Assembly (NCBI GenBank): GCA_014729085.1
Contig: WJKM01000011.1
Location: 46,264 to 110,263 of the forward strand
Source of the DNA: Candidatus Dojkabacteria bacterium
GTDB taxonomy: Bacteria > Patescibacteriota > Dojkabacteria > B142 > WJKM01
Reading direction: 5' to 3'
Length of the DNA: 64,000 nt
This document shows positions 57,754 to 64,000 of this stretch, piece after piece; the stretch's first letter is position 1; each line of letters opens with the position of its first letter. The notes under the pieces were generated by a model. The model searched no databases, had not been told where the DNA came from, and was given only the letters and a program-made list of their open reading frames with translations. The position numbers and the translations under genes are program-made.

Positions 57754-59346
57754 CTATACATCTGAATCCAGACAAGTTAATGGATCAGTACACCCCGTAT
57801 CTTCAGGGTCTCCTCCTGTGGTGCCGTCATCTCCACTATCTCCAGAGTTTTCTCCATCCTCCACCCCTAATTCATCTTTTAATTTTTCCATATGATCTTG
57901 GTAATCCTCACCTCCTGTATCTTCAGGGTCTTCAAAGACACTTGGGTCATAACCGTCGGGATCATGATAGACTTCGTCACCATCCCATGTACCATCCGTA
58001 GTATCAGTATTCGGGTCGTAATTTGGTGGTAAACCGTAATCTCCAGGGTCTGTAATTTCTGTATCCCAGCCACTTCCCCAAAAATCTGGATCAAAATTGG
58101 GAGGCAATCCATAATCTGCAGCATCTATAATATTTATCTCGCCTGTTTGTACCTGGAAATCATCTGCAAAAGCTGGTATATCAATCTCATCTGCTACGAC
58201 CATATCCCAGTCTCCAACAGGTATATCAAAAGTCTCTCCTCCCACTCCCTCAGAATCATGAGATACAATAACAGGGCCATTGTGGCTCTCATCAATAATT
58301 GCTTTTGTAACTTTGTTCTGTATATCTGTAGGAATTTGAGACCAGCTCCTCCCAACACTATTTGAAACAGTCGATTCAATAGTAGTTTGAACTTTATTAC
58401 TAGTTGCAATAGTAACTTTTTGAGACAAAGCTGGATTGGTTTGGTTTGAATTGGTAGTCTTAACTTTGGCTTTAGGCATTTCATCTGACACTGTATCGAG
58501 CTTGCCTTTCTCTATTATATCCTTCACTACATTTTCTGCATATCCGCTTGGAGTAAATGGATTCTCACCCCCAAGTACTGCTTGATTTGCCTCTACTACT
58601 GTCTCTACGGCAGTCTTTCCCAAATCAGTTGTTACTTTTTTCCAATCAACTGCAGCATTCAATTCTGGGTCTCGTGCTAATTTTTCTACCGTACTGTCGC
58701 TTGCATCTCTTAAATCCTCAACACTATTCAAATTATATGCATCTAAAAATGCTTGCCTATCAACTTGTTCAAGATCATTTTTCATATAATCATAGATCCC
58801 AGATCTGCTTGTCTCAATTGACTGATGCTTTGCTTTAACAAGAGAGCCAATTATTGGTACGTGATACCACCAGCTGTATCTCTCTTTTGCATAGACTTTT
58901 TGGATAAGTAGATTTTCAGTATTCATACCTACTGGTTCGCTATACAAATCAAACATCATAGACAAAGTTTCAGCCTGCATCAATGTCTCTTCAGCTACCA
59001 TATTGAACTGATCATAATTATCAAAGAAACTATCTGCATCCTCAACTGAGGCTGCATAAATCATATTCCTGTCATACTGGATCAGTGTAGCTAAATTTTC
59101 ATGATAATCAAAAAGCAATGCATTAACACCTTCAAAATCCGAAGGCTGGTAATCTCCTTCTGAGACACCGGAAGAACCGTTGCTACTATTAAAAGTATCA
59201 GTGCCATCGTTATCTGGATTTGAATCTGACAACCACAATATTGCACCACAAGATATACAAATACACAATACTAAAACTATAACTATCAAGATAATAATTA
59301 GTCCCATCTTAGACTTACTTTTGGTTTTTACTTCGCTGTTAGTCAT
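57754..59346 (-). CDS. Membrane-anchored surface protein with acidic repetitive tail
   Basis: LCICISCG TM anchor; C-terminal DYGLPPN(F/Y)DP x2 and DPEDTG x2. Confidence 0.75.
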   Translation of the reverse strand: MTNSEVKTKSKSKMGLIIILIVIVLVLCICISCGAILWLSDSNPDNDGTDTFNSSNGSSGVSEGDYQPSDFEGVNALLFDYHENLATLIQYDRNMIYAASVEDADSFFDNYDQFNMVAEETLMQAETLSMMFDLYSEPVGMNTENLLIQKVYAKERYSWWYHVPIIGSLVKAKHQSIETSRSGIYDYMKNDLEQVDRQAFLDAYNLNSVEDLRDASDSTVEKLARDPELNAAVDWKKVTTDLGKTAVETVVEANQAVLGGENPFTPSGYAENVVKDIIEKGKLDTVSDEMPKAKVKTTNSNQTNPALSQKVTIATSNKVQTTIESTVSNSVGRSWSQIPTDIQNKVTKAIIDESHNGPVIVSHDSEGVGGETFDIPVGDWDMVVADEIDIPAFADDFQVQTGEINIIDAADYGLPPNFDPDFWGSGWDTEITDPGDYGLPPNYDPNTDTTDGTWDGDEVYHDPDGYDPSVFEDPEDTGGEDYQDHMEKLKDELGVEDGENSGDSGDDGTTGGDPEDTGCTDPLTCLDSDV

Positions 59347-59523
59347 AATGTAAATAGATCTAAATTAATGTTACATTTTATACTTTAAAATATAAACTTT
59401 CAATGGGTTCCCAATTCCGGAAATCTCCGATATATAGCGACTTCATAACTTTATTAAGACTAAAAACATTTGCTACAATAAGTTACCTCATAAGTATTTT
59501 TACTTAATTTTGAATCCATTCAG

Positions 59524-61794
59524 ATGCCAAGAAATCTTTATCGTACTGAACCCACGGTCATAAATCAGATTGAGAGGACAAAAAAAAGAACTGGAAGTAA
59601 ATATCTTGAGGTTGCAACTAGTAATAAAAAGAAGCTTAAAGAGTTCAGCAGGGTTTTAACTGATTATGAAATTATAGGCAAAAATTTTGATATAGAAGAG
59701 ATACAATCCAATGATCCAATTAAAGTTATCAAACAAAAGGCTAAAGGAGCTTATGAACAAAACAAGTTCAATCCTATCCTAGTTGAGGATACCTCTCTTG
59801 AGATTAAAGGCTTGCATGGCCGACCTGGAACTTATGTAAAGGATTTTTGTGCTGAAGCTGGGATGAGGAAAATAATAGTTGAGGAATGGCTAAAGAATAA
59901 AGATCGCTCTGCTGTGGCAAGGGTTTTATTAGGACTTTTCGATGGTATGGAAGTGCATATCTGGGAAGGAAAAACTCAGGGAAGAATCGCTAAAAAACTC
60001 AGAGGAACAAATGGTTTTGGCTGGGATGATATATTTATTCCCAAAGGCCAAAAAACAAGAAAAGCAAGAACTTTTGCTGAAATGCAAGATAAAGAAAAAG
60101 ATAAATATTCCATGAGAAAGAAAGCTTTAAATAAGTTCCTTTCAAATCCAGTGGAAATGAATTATCCAGTATTTAGAATTCCAGAGCCTTATGAGCAGGA
60201 AATGAAAAGAGTTCAACCTGATAAACTGCAACAGTCCAAAGCAATAGAATTTGCTTTTCAGTTAGAATGCCTTGAACAAAAAAACAGTCCAAACAAAAGT
60301 TTTAAGGCTGATAAATATACATCATTGGTAACCACACAAAATCCATACTTTACGAGATTTCTAACAAAACCAAATACAAAAAGTATAGGCCTAATACTTA
60401 CAGATGTAGACAGAAAAAGATTAAAATTTTATAAAAATGGAGATCCTGTTTTATGGCAGATGGGACCAGAAAGACGTTTCCTAGCTTTAGCACAGCGAAC
60501 AGAATATTTTATGCATAACCAAAATGAAGAAATACATGAAATCCTTGATGACCTAGAAAATAGAAAATCAAATTTCCCTAAAAGAAACAATTTGCGATCT
60601 CCCACAATCGATAAAGCACTTGAGGTGGCCGGCGCTACATCTATCACAAAAGCTTTGTCCTTGAGAGAAATTGGATACAAGAAAATATCAGCTGATAAAT
60701 ATGTTAGCCGTACTAAAAGCGCAAAATATGGGCTCTTCAATATTGTTGGGAAGTATGCAAGGAGTATTTATGGAGTGGGTTGTCTCCCATGGGTTTCTGG
60801 ATGGAGAGATGTCATTGTAACTTCCGCCATTGGACATATTCCCGTCTTTGTCCATAGAAATAATATTAATGCTATAGATTTTCGAAATCAGATAGATTTG
60901 ATTAAAGAGAGCAAAAAGGTTATCGCCAAACTTAAACTTTCGAAGAAAGGAATTAGAAGAGCATACCAAAATATTGGCGCCGCAATTGGATGCCATCCAA
61001 TGAGAGACTTAGAAAGAGCCAAGAGACTTTATAAGGAAGCTGGTATCAAGCTTTTTAGAATTTACACTATTAACTCCGATCCCCGTGTAATTGAAACTGC
61101 TCATGCATTGAGAAAATATTTTGGCGATGAAATAGAAATCTTTGTCGGGCAACTGGTAGACAAGAAGCAGTGCAAACAATTAATACAATCAGACATTAAT
61201 GTAGATGGACTAATATTTGGGCATGGAGGCGGAAGGCAGTGTACCTCGGCAACTAACGGGATGGCCCTCTCTACTCTTGAGGAAATCTACAGTATTACAA
61301 CTGATAAAAAATTTAATAATACATCTTTATTGGTTGAAGGAGGGATAGGTTCTTATGTAGGTGGTCTACTAGTAATGGGCGTAGACTGTATCCTACGCAA
61401 TGCTCAATTTGCAAATTGTGTTATTGAACAAGGAGATACTTATTTTGAGTATCAAGACGGCAGACTTTGCCAACCCTATCATGGAAGTGCTAGTGCGCCG
61501 ACAATGATTATCGAATCTTTTAATAAAGAAAATGCAGAGAAAAAACTTTTCTATAGTGGTCGTACTAAAAATGTAGAAGGAACATCAGGATATATTTTCT
61601 ACAAGGAAAAAGCCAACTCTATGACTTTTTATATTAACCAATTTAAACACTATGCTGCTCGCACCCTAGCTGATATGGGCGTGGACAGTTTATGGGAGTT
61701 AAGAGATTTTTTGCAGAGTAATGAGGATGAGCTTTTAAGAGTAGTATCCCAGGACGCTGCATATACAGCTTCTGCTTGGAATCAGGGCCAATGA
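59524..61794 (+). CDS. Fusion of non-canonical purine NTP pyrophosphatase (Ham1/RdgB) and IMPDH/GMP-reductase-like domain
   Basis: ATSNKKKLKE, EEIQ, VEDTSL, PG.YVK, GFGWD.IF, TFAEM...K...SMR; C-terminal GHGGGRQCTS, EGGI, YHGSAS, NVEG. Confidence 0.8.
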   Translation: MPRNLYRTEPTVINQIERTKKRTGSKYLEVATSNKKKLKEFSRVLTDYEIIGKNFDIEEIQSNDPIKVIKQKAKGAYEQNKFNPILVEDTSLEIKGLHGRPGTYVKDFCAEAGMRKIIVEEWLKNKDRSAVARVLLGLFDGMEVHIWEGKTQGRIAKKLRGTNGFGWDDIFIPKGQKTRKARTFAEMQDKEKDKYSMRKKALNKFLSNPVEMNYPVFRIPEPYEQEMKRVQPDKLQQSKAIEFAFQLECLEQKNSPNKSFKADKYTSLVTTQNPYFTRFLTKPNTKSIGLILTDVDRKRLKFYKNGDPVLWQMGPERRFLALAQRTEYFMHNQNEEIHEILDDLENRKSNFPKRNNLRSPTIDKALEVAGATSITKALSLREIGYKKISADKYVSRTKSAKYGLFNIVGKYARSIYGVGCLPWVSGWRDVIVTSAIGHIPVFVHRNNINAIDFRNQIDLIKESKKVIAKLKLSKKGIRRAYQNIGAAIGCHPMRDLERAKRLYKEAGIKLFRIYTINSDPRVIETAHALRKYFGDEIEIFVGQLVDKKQCKQLIQSDINVDGLIFGHGGGRQCTSATNGMALSTLEEIYSITTDKKFNNTSLLVEGGIGSYVGGLLVMGVDCILRNAQFANCVIEQGDTYFEYQDGRLCQPYHGSASAPTMIIESFNKENAEKKLFYSGRTKNVEGTSGYIFYKEKANSMTFYINQFKHYAARTLADMGVDSLWELRDFLQSNEDELLRVVSQDAAYTASAWNQGQ

Positions 61795-61808
61795 AGTTAA
61801 TCCCAGTT

Positions 61809-62246
61809 TTAAATCAATTTACCTTTCTCCCATGCCTCAATACCTCCAGGGAAAATTTCAAAGAGAGGAATAACCTCAATATTTCTTGTACCTTTAATCT
61901 TTTCGAATTTTTTCTTATCTCTTTTTTTAAGTTTTTTAAGAAGATGTTGAAACTCAAAATCAACCTGACCTTTTCTTACAGGAATAGATTTTTCATATAT
62001 TTCGTCATTTACCTTTGTTTTATCAAACTTAAATTTTCGTTTTTTACTTTCCTTATAAACATAGGATAAATAAGTATTAATTGCGGCTTCCGGGTCTGAA
62101 GTATATCTGAATCTTCTAAGCTGTGGATGCTTTCTGTATCCGACTGTTCCCCCTTCAAGTACCTTTTTTGCGAGAAGAGCTTCCCGCCATAAAGCCACTA
62201 AACCCTTTGAATCCAAATATTTTAAGGATATACTCCACAGTCTCAT
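61809..62246 (-). CDS. Pyrimidine-dimer DNA glycosylase (T4 endonuclease V-like) family protein
   Basis: MRLWS....LD.KGLVALWRE.LLA.KVL.G.T.GY.KHPQL.RF, E.QHL..KL..RD. Confidence 0.85.
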   Translation of the reverse strand: MRLWSISLKYLDSKGLVALWREALLAKKVLEGGTVGYRKHPQLRRFRYTSDPEAAINTYLSYVYKESKKRKFKFDKTKVNDEIYEKSIPVRKGQVDFEFQHLLKKLKKRDKKKFEKIKGTRNIEVIPLFEIFPGGIEAWEKGKLI

Positions 62247-62249
62247 GTC

Positions 62250-63029
62250 CTATTCAACCTCCTTTCCTGGAAACCATGGGAAAAAAATACTTGTCCTTTT
62301 TTTATACACCTGGTACTTTTTATTATTTTCATATTTCTTTTCAAGCAATGGTATACCGGAAACAAACAAAATTAAATATGTGATAGTAATTGGACTAATT
62401 ATAATATATAAATTTGATTGTCCTACTAAACAAACTAAAAAAATACCCCACCATAGAACCACTTCGCCGAAATAATTTGGGTGTCTTGTATACCTCCATA
62501 AACCTTTATCCATTATTTTACCTTTGTTTTTGGAATTAGAGATGAACTTCGAAAGTTGATAATCGCCTACTAGCTCAAAAAAGAATCCTGTAATCCATGT
62601 AATTATCCCTAAATAATTCCAGAATTTAAAACTATATTGATTTACTCTACTTATTGACATAATAGGAAGGCTAATGATGAGCATAAGAAAACCCTGAAGC
62701 ATAAAGATCTGAAAATAAGACCTTATTAGATAATTCTTTCCCCAGTCTTCTCTCCATTGTCTGTATCTCCAATCTTCTTCTTTTCCCTTGTTTCTTCTGT
62801 AAATATGCCAGCCAAGTCTAGACCCCCAATTTACGACCAGTACCGCTGTAATAATATGCACAGTTTCAAAATTTCTGTTCACTAAAAAACTTGCGAAAGT
62901 TACCAAAATAAATCCAAAACCCCAGCCAATATCTACTATACTTGCATCTTTTCTATAAAGTGACAGGGAAAAAACACAATTCATATAAATAAATACTGCC
63001 ACTGCACACCAAATAATAGTATTTACCAT
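62250..63029 (-). CDS. DUF1295 family membrane protein (steroid 5-alpha-reductase-like)
   Basis: [31 protein letters not shown]. Confidence 0.9.
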   Translation of the reverse strand: MVNTIIWCAVAVFIYMNCVFSLSLYRKDASIVDIGWGFGFILVTFASFLVNRNFETVHIITAVLVVNWGSRLGWHIYRRNKGKEEDWRYRQWREDWGKNYLIRSYFQIFMLQGFLMLIISLPIMSISRVNQYSFKFWNYLGIITWITGFFFELVGDYQLSKFISNSKNKGKIMDKGLWRYTRHPNYFGEVVLWWGIFLVCLVGQSNLYIIISPITITYLILFVSGIPLLEKKYENNKKYQVYKKRTSIFFPWFPGKEVE

Positions 63030-63044
63030 TTGTTTTTTATTATA

Positions 63045-63716
63045 TTAACTAAATAAAGTTTGTTGAGTTGGTTCAGTGAGGCCTCTTGTGTCATTTTCAG
63101 GATTATTTACATCAGTAGTAACCGCATATTCTTCCATATTTCCTCTAAATGGTGTCAGTAATTTTTTTAACTTTGGTCCATCTTCTTCTTGAAGCCAGGT
63201 TTGCTCGTCTTCCTTTTCCAATACAGCAGGCATTCTATGATGCAGTTTGGCAACTATCTCATTGGGTTCTGTCGTGATGATTGTAAAAGTAGTAATCGAC
63301 TCATCGTCATGTCCTTTCCATCGGTCATAAATTCCAGCCATTGCAAAATATTTCTCTTTTTTAAGATGAACATAATGAGGAATTTTTTTACCGCCCTCTG
63401 TTTTCCATTCATAAAAACCAGTTGCCGGAACAAGACATCTTTGAGATCTAAAGGCCTTTTTAAATGAAGGTTTTTCGTCTATTGTTTCTGAGCGTGCATT
63501 AATCATTTTGCTTCCAATTGAACTATCCTTTGCCCAGAAAGGGACCAAACCCCATTGCATAATTACTAATTCATTCTTCCCATTATTATTTGTAATAACT
63601 GGAACTTCCTGAGAGGGTGCGATATTAAAACGCGGTTTTATGCCATAAACAGCCTCTTTGATTCTAAATCTTGGGTAAAACTGATTATCTATATCGAGTA
63701 CAAAGCGTCCGCACAT
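63045..63716 (-). CDS. SRAP (YedK/HMCES) abasic-site crosslinking protein
   Basis: MCGRF, NIAP, WGLVP.W, INARSET, RCL.PA.GFYEW, H.RMP. Confidence 0.95.
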   Translation of the reverse strand: MCGRFVLDIDNQFYPRFRIKEAVYGIKPRFNIAPSQEVPVITNNNGKNELVIMQWGLVPFWAKDSSIGSKMINARSETIDEKPSFKKAFRSQRCLVPATGFYEWKTEGGKKIPHYVHLKKEKYFAMAGIYDRWKGHDDESITTFTIITTEPNEIVAKLHHRMPAVLEKEDEQTWLQEEDGPKLKKLLTPFRGNMEEYAVTTDVNNPENDTRGLTEPTQQTLFS

Positions 63717-63785
63717 AACCGACCGAATTTGGTATTATAATTTAATCTAATGTTTAATTATAGTAAATTTTTAATAACTGACTTA

Positions 63786-64000
63786 ATGAAAAAGAAAATA
63801 TTGCTCCGTTTACTTTTGGTATTTGCGATCTCATTAACTATTTCAGGGTGTGTCAACAAATCAAATGATACAGACTCCAAGAGCAGTGATATACAGCCCA
63901 ACCCTACTGAAACTATTACTATTACCACCGCACCTGTTCCAACAGAAATCTCAAATGAAGAATTAAACTTAGAGGAACAAATTTCAAAATCAAGCTCGAT
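63786..64000 (+). CDS. Putative lipoprotein, 3'-truncated by window edge
   Basis: MKKKILLRLLLVFAISLTISGC lipobox-like signal, then Ser/Thr/Pro-rich linker. Confidence 0.65.
   Translation, partial: MKKKILLRLLLVFAISLTISGCVNKSNDTDSKSSDIQPNPTETITITTAPVPTEISNEELNLEEQISKSSS

Noticed and set aside
1-64000. CRISPR array, prophage, DGR/retron, rRNA, alternative genetic code
   Set aside because: No spaced repeats, phage structural genes, reverse transcriptase or rRNA-like sequence; conserved genes end at TGA and are full length under code 11.

Overview
AT-rich, gene-dense bacterial chromosomal window. Gene content suggests a CPR/Patescibacteria organism, possibly Dojkabacteria-like; this is inferred from few Shine-Dalgarno sites, many single-pass surface proteins, a prepilin and tRNA-Arg(GCG). 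It holds 2 tRNAs and about 60 CDS: nucleotide house-cleaning and repair genes (2 CYTH, ASCH, 2 Nudix, HADs, RtcB, RecD-like helicase, SRAP, pyrimidine-dimer glycosylase), a two-component system, a MarR-MacAB-type exporter operon, an ArsR-gdh operon and several large surface proteins. No CRISPR array, rRNA, prophage or intact transposase was seen. Highlights: (1) an alpha-2-macroglobulin with a 129-aa Hint domain (C...HN/K, no +1 nucleophile) at the bait-region position and no thioester cysteine, a candidate self-cleaving macroglobulin; (2) an ITPase(Ham1) fused to an IMPDH/GMP-reductase-like barrel; (3) a 2321-aa SH3/SLH/dual-M23 peptidoglycan hydrolase with a structured 5' leader and a downstream partner; (4) an unannotated 16-codon ORF MCDSCGCG... 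(HypB-type metal motif) behind a well-spaced sigma70-like promoter; (5) a frameshifted FG-GAP pseudogene ending in a YLP tail; (6) a prepilin whose leader has no canonical start codon.
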